Of a stretch of 64,000 nucleotides of DNA, positions 52,691 through 63,878 are shown piece by piece. The stretch comes from Felis catus. Taxonomy: Eukaryota. Positions within the stretch are counted from its first letter, which is position 1. Every line of letters begins with the position of its first letter. The position numbers and the translations under genes were made by a program. The notes below the pieces were generated by a model that was not told where the DNA came from, did no database searches, and saw only the letters and a program-made list of their open reading frames with translations. The DNA lies in NCBI RefSeq assembly GCF_018350175.1, contig NC_058368.1, forward strand, positions 59,274,001 to 59,338,000. The letters run 5' to 3'.

Positions 52691-53821
52691 AAAGAATTCT
52701 CATTCGAAATCTTTCCTTGTCCCTACTGAAAAACTTATTTTATAATTTAAAATATTTGCTTTTTCTCTTCCTTAGATTCCCCCCTTTTCCCTTAGTAGCT
52801 AGGTTAAGATATCTTTATTAAAGCATATTCAAGGAAGTAGATGACCTTTTAATAAGAAGTCTGAGATACAATTTGGCCTTTGGGTTTTTTCCTCCTCTTC
52901 TCTGATCTTTACCCATGGATTTTCTGACATATTCCTTATCTTTAGAAAAACAGAAAACTAAAATATGTGGGTAAGTGGAAACTGTACAAAAAAGGGTTAA
53001 CAAGTCTCTCAGCTTTTGTAAAACTTACTGGGAATGCAGATGAGGAGAAAAACTCTTATTTGGAGGATAGGATCATTGAAAAAGGTAGAAAAGTCATGGA
53101 GGTCAGTAAGAACAGGTAGTAAATCCCAGCAGACAGAATTAAGGAGCTTTAATGAATCAGGATGTGTAAAATTAAGTGGTGAATGATTTGTTAACATAAT
53201 AAAGATTATTGAATCTTGGAGGAAGATTTTCTTGCTGTTTTAGTCACGAAAATGTCACAGAGAACAAGGAACTGAGTGCTGTATGGAAGAATGGCTACAA
53301 TCAATGGGTTCTTGTGTGGGAAATTGTATCATGTACTATGATTATGGATAGGTATCTGCTAATTTATTTGGGATTTCACTAATTACAGGAGTTGAAAAGT
53401 GGAAGAATTCCCCATCAAGATATACAAGTCCAAATTAAAAACTTTTCAACATCTTTAGAAAATTTTGGCTAGTATCTATTCAAATTAATATTAATTATTA
53501 ATATATGAATATATACACACATATATATGTATATCTACATGTGTATGTATATGTAGTTTTTAAAATTTCCACAATTACCTAAGGACTTATGAAGTAACAC
53601 TTGACAACTTCATATAAAAATTTCCTCTATAGGAAATGCCTAATTTAAATGAATGGAGAGCGATAAAAATTAACCAAACACATTTGAAAAACAAGTCCAA
53701 CCATTAAGTCCTAATTTAGTAACTGCAAAGCATTATAAAAAATGATATGTTTCATTATAATGATTTAAACTTAAGAGCACATCAGTAACAATATTTACAG
53801 GTTGTCTTGTCCATAAATTCT

Positions 53822-53998
53822 AAGGATTATTACACAAAATACATACTGAATTCCTACAATTCAATCACAAAAAGCAATCTAATTAAAAAAAAAATGGGCA
53901 GAGGACTTGAACAGGCATTTTTCCAAACAAGACTTGCAGATGGTCAATAGGTACAGGAAAAGGTGCTTAACATTATTAATCATAAGGGAAATGGAAAT
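53822..53998 (+). mobile_element. L1 ORF2 3' fragment
   Basis: aaaatgggcagaggacttgaacaggcatttttccaaa...aaaaggtgcttaacattattaatcataagggaaatg. Confidence 0.8.
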
Positions 53999-54961
53999 AT
54001 TTTTGGTTCCTCTATATTACGGTTGAGCTGCCTGCATATTTAAGAACTAACAACCTGTGAGCCCAGGCAGGCAGAAATCCAAGCCAAGTTCTCAGAACAC
54101 AAAATAAGAAAAACAAGAAGGCAATAGCTGTTTCCGGGAGAGAAAAATGATCAATAACCAATAAGAGACAACGTGGAGATTTACCTTCCTCTCCCAGTCA
54201 GAGAGATTCAGGGGAGCTGACTCTGCTAAGAACTCCCACCCTCTGTCAGCTGCTGTCAGTTATCCATGGATCCCATATATAGGCTCCTGAGAGAGTGGGA
54301 TTTAGAGTGTGTAGCCCTACTATCTAACTGAATTTGGCAAGGTTTTCCATTCATTTTAAACTGTAGGTTTCTCTTGGCTATTTAAGGGAATAACTGAGAA
54401 CAGTTTACTGGAGAATCCCTTCAAGTCCTATCAACCCTGGGAGGGGCTTTCTTTGAGGGTTGAGATGGGGATGTTCAAACTGATGTGGCAGGATTTGCAT
54501 ACAAACTTTAAGGACATTTTTTTTTTTCCCCCAGTGTCTGAGTTTTTGCAAGGGAGACACTGATTTCTGGACCAGTGTTGTGATGATGGATCCCTGGGAG
54601 GGTGAAGTGGGAGAGGCCCGGGTGTTTTAGGTTTCTGGTCCTGGAGCTGTTACAATTGTAAGGTCACTACCTTGGTGGATTTTTGTTTATGGTCTTGTGG
54701 TATTTTTAGATAAAGAATTAGTAGAATGGGTCCTGAAGTAGAGTTGGATGGAGAGAAGCAATAGGAGTGATATCAGTCTTAGAGTCTTTTGTTTTAGGTA
54801 CCTCTGTATATTTAATTTTTCATTAACCTTTTGCAATGAATCTCTCAATGAAGTTACTTTGGAATCTTGAAGTCTTTTGGAAGCTTCTGCATGCCAACTA
54901 AAATAGGTAGACCATTCTGTTTGTTTGACTTGGGAATCCTTGCTTTCAAGTGTGTGTGTGG

Positions 54962-55185
54962 TTTTTTTTTTTTTTTTTTAATGTTCACTTATTCTTAGAG
55001 AGAGAGAGAGAGACAAAGTGCAAGAGGGGGAAGGACAGAGAGAGAGGGAGACACAGAATGCGAAGCAGGCTCTGGGCTCTGAGCTGTCAGCACGGAACCG
55101 GATGCTGGGATCGAACTCACAGGCTGCAAGATCATGACCTGAGCAGAAGTCCAAGGGTTAACCAACTGAGCCACCCAGGTGCCCC
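54962..55185 (-). mobile_element. Carnivore SINE inserted in the ERV gag relic
   Basis: Full SINE; tcaagtg on both sides. Confidence 0.93.
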
Positions 55186-56260
55186 TCAAGTGCACTTCTT
55201 AAATGAACAATCTTGTCTAGGTGGAATATTCCCCATAATGGCCATTGTATTTCTGGGTTACTTTACATTTTGCCATTTCTGTAGATATCTCCAGCTTTCA
55301 GGAACACAATTTTTAGACATAAAATAAACAGATGTGCCAGAGGGTGGAGTGCTCAATTCTTTGTAACCTGATCATCCCTGTTTCTTTAGTTAAACCTTGG
55401 ATATCCTGGAGCCAAATTAATACCCAAGAGGAATGTACCACTGGGTTCAGAATCTGTTGGTGTTTTACAGTTTACCTCATTACGTAGAAATTGTCTTGAG
55501 GTTGGTGGATGACCTACTGTCTATCTAACCTGTTCTATGACCAACTTACTGTAGCTCAGGAGTCAGAGTTAGGTTGCAAGTGCTCTAGCAACTTTTAAGT
55601 GTTTGAACCAAAGCCACCTTTTTTTTTTTTTTCTTTTGCTTTGGCTTCCTATATTCCCATTATAAAAAGATCTATAGTTCCTTTTACAAGGTTTCTTTAT
55701 AGTGACAGACACCCTAATGGCTTTAGATAGTCTAACTTGCGCTTGCTTAGATTTTAATTTTGATGTTCAAAACAGTCTGATTTTTGCCCTAATTTATTTC
55801 TCCGATTTCCCAGCAGTTTATGCTGTGGACTTAGGCCTCAAGGCTTTGTGAGTCCCCCACTAGCTGCCAATCTTTATGTACACTGGAATTTTTCTTGAGT
55901 CCCCCAACTAATGGTTGCCACCCATGCAGACCCCAATACAACTACAGAGACCTCCGTGAAACTGCAGAATCCTTCAGGGAACTTAAACTCTAGAACCTTT
56001 CTAGGGCCTCAGAACACTTCTGCTAAGCAACCCACAATCATTCCATGGCTGTAGAACCTTTCTGAGAGCATTCTGATCCAACCATATAAAGTTTGGATCA
56101 GAGAACTGCATGCGAAGGACCAAAGCTCACATTTTTGACCTACCCAGGCTTCCGTAGTGCAGAGAAGCCGCTTAAACTTAAAAGGGTTCTCAGCCCTGGC
56201 TCTGTGCGGGAGCTTTCTCTGTGCGCCTGGTCCTGCCGGCCTGGTAATAGCAGGATTGGG

Positions 56261-56279
56261 ATCCCGTTCCTCGTCACCA
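56261..56279 (-). promoter_or_regulatory. Retroviral primer-binding site, tRNA-Ser(GCT)-like
   Basis: Minus strand reads TGGTGACGAGGAACGGGAT, against TGGCGACGAGGATGGGAT expected from the tRNA-Ser(GCT) 3' end; lies next to the LTR edge. Confidence 0.7.
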
Positions 56280-56283
56280 AAAA

Positions 56284-57236
56284 CTTAAGAAATGAATTTA
56301 AAGAAGACCGTTTATATGCTGAGAATTGCAAAATGAGGCAAAAGGCAGGAAGCTTTTATAGGGTAAAGAATGAAGAACGAGGAAAAAGAAAATACCTGAC
56401 TGGCAGGGGCTACACAGCCAGCCTTGTTTGGAGTGAGAAGAAACCAGGAAATATGTATGGGACCTAGCGTTGGTTTGGCGTTGGCGGATTTGTTTAACTG
56501 AATATACTGTGTTTCTGGTCAAGCGGAGCATTTACGGGAACCTGAAAGTTCAGTTTGCCGACATCACACCCTGGGCAGGAGCAGCTCCATCTTGGGCCTA
56601 GAAACTTCTTCCAACCCTGGTAAGTATCCTTTTTTTGAGAAAAAGTTTCCGTGGGGCACGTGTAGTCTCTCTCCATGGAGTCATGTTGGTGTCTCCTATG
56701 TGTATCTTACTCGGTTAGTGCTTCAGCCATTCCAGTCAGGACTTTGCCACGGAGCCAGGTCAATCCCTGGCCCCAAAGCCAGTTATTATGGTTATATTGG
56801 TGGAAAGGCGAATCTGAGATGGTAATAGTTACACATATTGAATGGATATTTGGCTCCAAAACTCCCGACAGATGTTGATTTTCCTGGCGCTCTGTACCAT
56901 TATTACTGTTACAGTTTTTGCATGTGAAGCATTACAGAAGTAGAAATACCATTGTTAGTAAGAAGAAATTCTAACTATAATTAGTCAATTTATTGGATGA
57001 GGAATTTAGAAGAGGATTGTCCCATGCATAATGTCCTGGTCATCTTTATCAGTTGATGTGAAATTAAATATAGGGGGAGGACTTTCCACATAACTTAGGT
57101 AACATGCGCAGTGATTCCATGTCCAGGATGGGACTTTAACTCTAGTGTTTACTTTCTACTTGTTACTGATGACATTGTACTATATTTAGGGTGTTTGCAT
57201 CAAAATAAAGAGGAATAAAGCAGAATGAGGTTAACA
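56284..57236 (-). mobile_element. 5' LTR of the ERV
   Basis: Minus strand begins TGTTAAC at 57236 and ends near ...TTAAG next to the PBS (degenerate tgttaa/ttaaca terminal repeat); GC-richer than its flanks. Confidence 0.6.
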
Positions 57237-57679
57237 GGGTACAGTGAGCTCTAGATCTAATGTATATACACATGTATGAGAAAATTCTTGTTATTTGTAT
57301 GAGGCAAAATTATTTTTGACCAATCAGAAGTCTATACGGTATTTGGCAGAGAAATTGCTTGAAATCAGGACATTAATGTTTGTGTAATGTTTGTACATCA
57401 AGTGAGAGAATAATCTAACCAGTAAGAAAGAATGAGGAAAAAATATGTCAAATAAATAAAAACAAATATATATACATGTTTGTATACTTAAATATATATT
57501 TTTTCTACATATACATACAGAAGTAAATATATGTGTATGTTCGTATGTTTGCAATTATATGTATAAGTGCATATTTAATTGAGCAGTATCATTTCTTCTA
57601 ATTAATATAATTACTTCATTCAGGGGTTTCTAGTGTCTGCAAGAGATTCTTAATTAGAAGTAATTATAAAATTATCATT

Positions 57680-57812
57680 TGGTTATGTATCATTGTATTT
57701 CTTATCTGTTTCTTTTTCTGTCTGTTCTGCCTACATCATTGCAGAGGTGTTAAATTAAAAACTGGTTTACGTCTCCATTTAATTTTTGCGATAATTTTAT
57801 TGTATATTTTTT
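57680..57812 (-). mobile_element. Short, very degenerate L1 endonuclease-region fragment
   Basis: tttttctgtctgttctgcctacatcattgcagaggtgttaaa resembles the antisense of the GDFNTPL-coding region. Confidence 0.4.
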
Positions 57813-57821
57813 TGAGTTTAA

Positions 57822-59489
57822 AAAGTACTTGAAAAACTTTTAGTTACTTGTAAGTACTAAAGATCACCTTCAAATTGACCCAAGAATAACTGGATCATCT
57901 CCTGAATGAGTCACTTCCCCTTACAGTGACTTCTGATAGTGATTTTGTCTAAGTATTCAAATTCACACTGCTTATATTTATATGGCTGCTTTCTGAGCAG
58001 AAAAAAACAAAGACTAGTCCTCTGAGTTGTTATTTGGTTCAGGTAACTTTATGTAGTATCATGGATTTTCTCTGACCCTAGGTCTTGGTATTCTACTGTG
58101 ATACAGATGGTTAGGAGAAACTGGTAGAGTCCTTACAGTATTAACCAAGAGAAGTGTCTTGATCTGGAGAAGCGTCCTTCTGTTCTGTAATCTGAACAAA
58201 GTTACTTTGAATAACTGATGGCAGAGGTTGTTGGCTGTGTCTGGGAATTGTTTATAGAGTGAGTTATAAGAGCTTGATACAGGGGTTTAAATCATAATAG
58301 TACATACAAGTCATATGGGCTTTGCAATAGAATGAAACATTGCCAAAAAGGACAGGTGTTGCTATTTATCTTGATAGATTGGATGAGAGTAATGTAATGC
58401 TGCTTCCTAGCACAATTTTGTATGTTTTAGGATTTTTTGTTTATTTTTAAAATTTATTGGATTGTTAATTTGTCTGTCATTACGAGATCAATTGGTAAAG
58501 ATGGAAATAGTGTAAGTGATTTCAATCTAGAAGACCAATAATACATCTTATAGATTTCTTAGGAAAATATGTTGGATTGTAATTTTGATGGAAGAAGGAA
58601 TAACCAGATTTTTAAAATCATGAGGTAATCCTTCAAAGGAGGAGGATGCTACACTGGTAGACCAGGGTGTCAAAAGATGACAGTCCCCAAACACAAAATA
58701 TAACTGAGAATATTTACTGAAAAAATGACTTTAAAAAACTTTTGATCAGAAATAGAGTGTAGAAGGAGATAGTTTTTAAAAGCTGAATGATGTGGGGTGC
58801 CCGGATGGCTCAGTCAGTTGAGCATTGACTCATTTCAGCTCACATCATGATCTCAGAGTTCTTGAATTCTAGCTCTGCATCTGACAGTGAGGAACCTGCT
58901 TGGGATTCTCTCTCTCCCCCTCTCTCTGTCCCCTGCCCCCAATAAACAAATAAACTTAAAAAAGCTGAATGACATATCATTGTTTAGAATACCAAGATCC
59001 TTGGCAAATTGAGAAGGGAAAGGAAAGGTAAAAAAAGGAAATCTATTTGGTATAGATTTGCTTGCCCCATTAAGTGTCAAAAGCTCAATTTTGAGACCTA
59101 CACTGGACAAAGATGAATCATTTGGATTTCGAGATGCAAGCACAACTAAAAATAAGTTGGATTCTGTAAGCTCTCCTAATATGTTTCCAGCAAGATCATT
59201 GCTGGATTTAGTACAGAATCCTGTATTAAGATTCTGAAGTGTTAAAATTTCCAGAGTCCTTCTTCCTGAAAGTAATGACATATTTTGGAATGATCTGAAA
59301 ATTGGTTTTCTTTATGAGTTTTTACCATTGTGCTTTTGTTAATTATTTGAGCCAGAATTCTGAATTTGAAAGGCTATTAATTTTGATTCTCCTATTTTGA
59401 TAGGGAATTTTTCACATGTTTACTTACTTTTTAGATTCAACCATGAGTTCTACCTCCTAGATAAGGCAAAACTTTTAAAACACTCTTAA
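57822..59489 (+). pseudogene. EBLL: Endogenous bornavirus-like L (RNA polymerase) element, C-terminal part; stops and frameshifts, split by a SINE
   Basis: Collinear hand-translated motifs: LQIDPRITGS, YIYMAAF, YHGFSL, STVIQMVRRN, CLDLEKRPS, SYFE*LM, SHMGFAI, GVAIYLDRLDES, SLFRIPRSL, NLFGIDLL, LRPTLDK, LVQNPVL, FWNDLK, SPILIG; these match recalled BoDV-1 L motifs in the same order. Confidence 0.75.
58794..58959 (+). mobile_element. Carnivore SINE inserted in the EBLL
   Basis: TSD aaaagctgaatga(tgt/cat) at 58778-58793 and 58960-58975. Confidence 0.92.
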
Positions 59490-60152
59490 AGTTGGAGAGA
59501 AATAAAACAATTGAAATCATAGAGCCTAGAACAAGAATTTGCCACTTGCCATTATTTTCGTTGGTCATCAGCCTCTTAAAATTATTTTGTGGTAAGCAGA
59601 ATAAGAGTGATCCTGTAACTTTCAGTGCTATAATAAAGAGAAGGGAAATCCTGGTACTTAGGGGATAGCGTAAGATATTTCTACCTTTCCTAAGCTAAAT
59701 ATACCACAGGGCAGTGAAAAACTAAAATTTCCTTCCAAATTTAAGTTTGTACAATTATTTCCCATTTTATAAACCTAAAATGATTTATTATATTCACAAG
59801 ATCTCTAAAGGGTATTTAGTCTTTTAAATAGTGTTAATTAAATACCCTAAAAATATTAAAAAATACATTAACTCAATTCCATTTTAAGTTTTTCAGGTTT
59901 CTGACTTAATAAACAAAACCTCCTAAATACTGCTAATAAATACAATAAAATAATCTTACAAATAAGAGAAACCTTAATTCTTTTCACATATTTCAGTATG
60001 TTGATGATAAACATTATAAGGTTTAAACTGATTCTACATCAATTATTCTATTACAAATTTCAAATTGCTCATAATACTTTTTTACCCCAAAAAAGCCAAT
60101 TTCACATACACATTATAAATTCATCAAATACAAAATATGCACAAAGTGCATT

Positions 60153-60356
60153 TCAATTTTTTTTTAATGTTTATTCATTTTTGAGAGAGAGAGAGAGCAG
60201 GGGAGGGACAGAGAGAGTGGGAGACACAGAATCCAAAGGACTCCAGACTCTGAGCTGTCAGCACAGGGCCCGACATGGGGCTTGAACTCCTGAACCGCAG
60301 GATCATGACCTGAGCAGAAGTCAGACATTTAATCAACTGAGCCACCCTGGCGCCCC
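60153..60356 (-). mobile_element. Carnivore SINE
   Basis: Full SINE on the minus strand. Confidence 0.93.
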
Positions 60357-60380
60357 TGCATACACTACTTTTAAAACAAA

Positions 60381-60955
60381 AATGTTATCGTTTATTACTT
60401 TAAAAACTTCCATTTCTTTAAACCTTTCGAATCTTCTGTTATTGAATATTTTACTGTCAAAATTTTGACTGAGACATGGAGCTTTAGATATTCAGAGCCA
60501 TTCTCAATACCAACCAGGGAAGATATTAATTGCAGTATCTCTAGTAATTTAGAATCACCTTCTCAACTCCTTGCAAGCAAAAGATATAGGATACAGACTT
60601 CAGTGAAGCTTCCATCAAACTGTTTAGTCTTGGATGTTGACTATATAATAACTGATCTTTTTATTTTGAACTTTATAGTTGTTAGTAGCTGACATTTCTA
60701 AATGCTTAGAATGTGCCAGTTCAGTGTTTGGTCTGTCTTGGTGACAACATTTGGTGACCAAAGAATGGCACTTTCTGATACTTTCCACTGGAGGCTAGAG
60801 GAAAGCTCTGGAAGTTAGTCATGAAGCACTGTATATAAATTTAATTTTGGCTACCTCTGACATCCTGGAGTCACAGAAGGAATATTATGAGTGCAAGATT
60901 CAAACTAAGATTTCCACTAGACAGATTAATTCTGGATTTCATTTAATTTCTAGGA
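60381..60955 (+). pseudogene. Probable second bornavirus-like L fragment (region N-terminal to the first fragment)
   Basis: PFESSVIEYFTV...SEPFSIP...[frameshift near 60687]ADISKC...LSW*QHL shows spacing like recalled BoDV-1 L CFEKIDSEEFVL...SKPVTVP...SDMQKL...LWRFL; low identity. Confidence 0.45.
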
Positions 60956-60999
60956 ATATTAGTATTCAGACTTCTTATTCAAGTTATTTTAACTTTATT

Positions 61000-61460
61000 A
61001 ACTTTTGTTTTGGGTTTAGTGTTTTCTTCTTTTTCCAGTTTCCTCAGGTAGAAAATTTGGTCAGTGATTTTTTTTTTTTAATTTTTTTTTTAATGTTTAT
61101 TTATTTTTGAGACAGGGAGAGATAGAGCATGAACAGGGGAGGGTCAGAGAGAGGGAGGCACAGAATCTGAAACAGGCTCCAGGCTCTGAGCTGTCAGTAC
61201 AGAGCCCGACGCGGGGCTCGAACCCACGAACTGCGAGATCGTGACCTGAGCTGAAGTCGGACACTTAGCTGACTGAGCCACCCAGGCACCCCAATGATTT
61301 AAGACCTTTTTTGCTTTTATTAATAGAGGCATTTGCAGTTGTAAATTTCCCTCGGAGTACATATTTTGCTGCATCTGATAAGTTTTGGTATATTGTGTTT
61401 TTTTTTTTTTCATTTGTTTTCATTCATGATAAATTAATTTCTAATTTTTCTTTTCTTTTT
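61000..61460 (-). mobile_element. Ancient L1 ORF2 fragment (post-endonuclease region), split by a SINE
   Basis: gcatttgcagttgtaaatttccctcggagtac...ttttgctgcatctgataagttttggtat resembles the antisense of the WDAAKAVLRGKFIA-coding region. Confidence 0.75.
61068..61292 (-). mobile_element. Carnivore SINE (SINEC_Fc type)
   Basis: TSD-like ca(g/a)tgattt. Confidence 0.95.
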
Positions 61461-61469
61461 TCTATTGAA

Positions 61470-61667
61470 ATGTTTTATTTATTTTTGAGAGAGAGAGTGA
61501 GTGAGGATGAGTGGGGGAGGGACCAATAAAGAGGGGGACAAAGGATCCTAGATCCTGTCACTGAACTGACAGCAAGGAGTCTAATATGGGCCCCAAACTC
61601 ACGAACTGTGAGATCATGACCTGAGCTGAAGTCAGATGTTCAACCAGCTGAACCACCAAGGTGCCCC
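61470..61667 (-). mobile_element. Older carnivore SINE
   Basis: SINE head on the minus strand. Confidence 0.85.
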
Positions 61668-61887
61668 AATTTCCTAATTTTTCTCATGATTTCTTACTAA
61701 TAAATTTGTTTGATTTGAATCTTTGACGTGTATTGTTGTAGTAATAGGAAAGGTTCATTTGCAGTTTAATGTCTGTAATCACAATCACAGTCTGTTATAA
61801 ACAACATACCTCAATGATCTTTTATCATGTTTCCTCTCATTTCTCTACCTAGAGATTCTATGCTTAGAAAGCTAAATAATGAAATTT

Positions 61888-62102
61888 AATTTTTTAAAGT
61901 TTATTTATTTATTGAGAGAGAGACTGCGTGTGCTTGGCCATGGAGGGGAGAGGCAGAGGGAGAGGGAGAGAGAATCCCAAGCCCACTCTGTGCTGTCAGT
62001 GCAAAGCTAGACTCAGGGCCCCCATCCCACAAACTGTGAGATCATGCATGACCTGAGCTGAAATCAAGAGTTGAACGGTTAACCAAGCCGCCCAGGTGCC
62101 CC
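61888..62102 (-). mobile_element. Carnivore SINE
   Basis: Full SINE on the minus strand. Confidence 0.9.
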
Positions 62103-63584
62103 ATAAAATTTAGCTTTTAATGGCATTCCATTTCAGACTCATTGCTTCCTTCATGCGTCTTCGATTTCAGCTATTACTTTTTGTTTGTTTTTATCAAGGT
62201 AAATATAAACATTATAATCAAACCAAAAAGCTGTAGGAAAAAAAATTCTTAAAACAGCCAAGTTATATGATCTTTTGGCCTGCATTTTTCTAATCATGCA
62301 AAAATATCTAATTAAAATTGCAGTACGTTATTTTTAAATTTGCACTTGCTAACTGACCAAAATAATTAAATCTCATATTTTACTGAACTTTTACATTTTT
62401 ATTCTACATATATGATATGTTTCAAAATAAATAACTTCCCACTTTAATTTCCAGATGAAACCTCTGTTTGCACATTATGATAAGAGAAACCTTTACAGAA
62501 TGTCTCCAGAGAAAACTTAAAAGAATTTTAACAATGATTAGACAGACCCTAGAGTGTGGTTTAAGCATTAATTCAATTAGAGTCCCAATATAATTTTTAA
62601 ATGGATGACTGAATTCCCTTCAATTATCCTGCATTTAGTAAACTTTCATGCTTTTATTTTTATTTGCCTTTTCCCTCTCATGTATTATAGAAATAATCCC
62701 TTAGAAGACAGGACCTAATTAATTAGAATCTTCAAGGAATAATATGAACATTTCATTTATATTCCGATTATTTAAAGACTAATTATAAAGTCCTTTTTGT
62801 TCCTATGCTCTGGGGGGGGGGGGATGTCTAAAACAACATTTTAATGACTAAGGAAAGTTTAATTCATAAATTTTTTATGATAATTTATTAAGTTATATTT
62901 TCGTTCTGTGATCATTCTTAACGTTACTTTTATAGAATGAAGGAGTTTAAAATTTATATAAAAATGAATATAAGTTTATTAATAATTAACTGATCTCTTT
63001 GATTGTAACATCTTTTTTACACTAATATAATCTTTGAATATGCTCCTAGTCAATTAATATTTTCACATAGGTAAATGTTTAATTGGAATTCTACCTTTTT
63101 TTAAATAACTGTTTTAATGCCTATTATAATTTCAGGTATATAATTGACAATGAAAAGTGAACCTACAAATTGTAATAGATCTATAGATCTTATGAGTTAA
63201 CATTTTAAACAGAGGTGTGTGAAAATGCCACAATAATTTTGTTTATAGCCATATATCCGTGAATAGTATTAAAGAATGATTGTAGAACACGTTCTGAAAA
63301 GGAAAGTTAAATAATAAAATAAATGATATGTTTCCAAAATATCCAACACTTCTCTATTGCACAGTTTTAAAATTCTTTATTTTTCTTCTATATGTAAATT
63401 TTCTCCTAGGAATACAATCTATAATTGCATATATCATATTAATCTGTTATGTGTACTGCATTAGTCTGCTCTGTCAGCCATAACAAAATGCCATGGACTA
63501 GGTGACTTAAATAACAGAAATGTATTTCTCACAGTTCTTAAACCTGGGAAGTTAAAAATCAAGATGTCAGTATGGTCCTTTTCT

Positions 63585-63650
63585 TTTCTTTCCTTTCCTT
63601 TCCTTTCCTTTCCTTTCCTTTCCTTTCCTTTCCTTTCCTTTCCTTTCCTT
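63585..63650. repeat. (TTTCC)n pentanucleotide repeat grown from a SINE tail
   Basis: Directly visible at the tail end of the adjacent SINE. Confidence 0.92.
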
Positions 63651-63878
63651 TCTTTTTCTTCTTTAATGTTTATTCATTTTTGAGAAAGAGAGAGAGAGAG
63701 AGAGAGAGAGACAGCATGATCAGGGGAGGGGCAGATTAAGAGGGAGACACAGAATCCGAAGCAGCCTCCAGGCTCCTAGCCATCAGCACAGAGCCCGACA
63801 CAAACTCGAACCCACTAACAGTGAGATCATGACCTGAGCCGAAGTGGGATGCCTAGTGAGCTAAGCCACCCAGGCACC
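63651..63878 (-). mobile_element. Carnivore SINE
   Basis: Full SINE on the minus strand. Confidence 0.92.

Larger units (their letters stand above)
54000..56282 (-). mobile_element. gag: Class I (gammaretrovirus-like) ERV internal region: leader plus gag relic, truncated (no pol or env seen)
   Basis: Minus-strand hand translation gives TPPSGTSVYFMSKNCVPESWRYLQKW, PEIQWPLWGIFHLDKIVHLRSAL (about 55190-55257) and, past the SINE, QTEWSTYFSWHAEASKRLQDSKVTSLRDSLQK, resembling ERV1 matrix regions; contains stops and frameshifts. Confidence 0.75.

Noticed and set aside
56093..56878. Cluster of short ORFs in a GC-richer stretch
   Set aside because: They lie in the ERV leader and LTR and carry no recognisable protein motifs.
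57920..58000. Alternative match of LYLYGCF to the L motif FTYGCL
   Set aside because: Isolated and out of order; the other frame (YIYMAAF) fits the collinear series.
58853..59281. 142-aa minus-strand ORF as a gene
   Set aside because: It is the antisense shadow of the + strand L-like frame and runs into a SINE.
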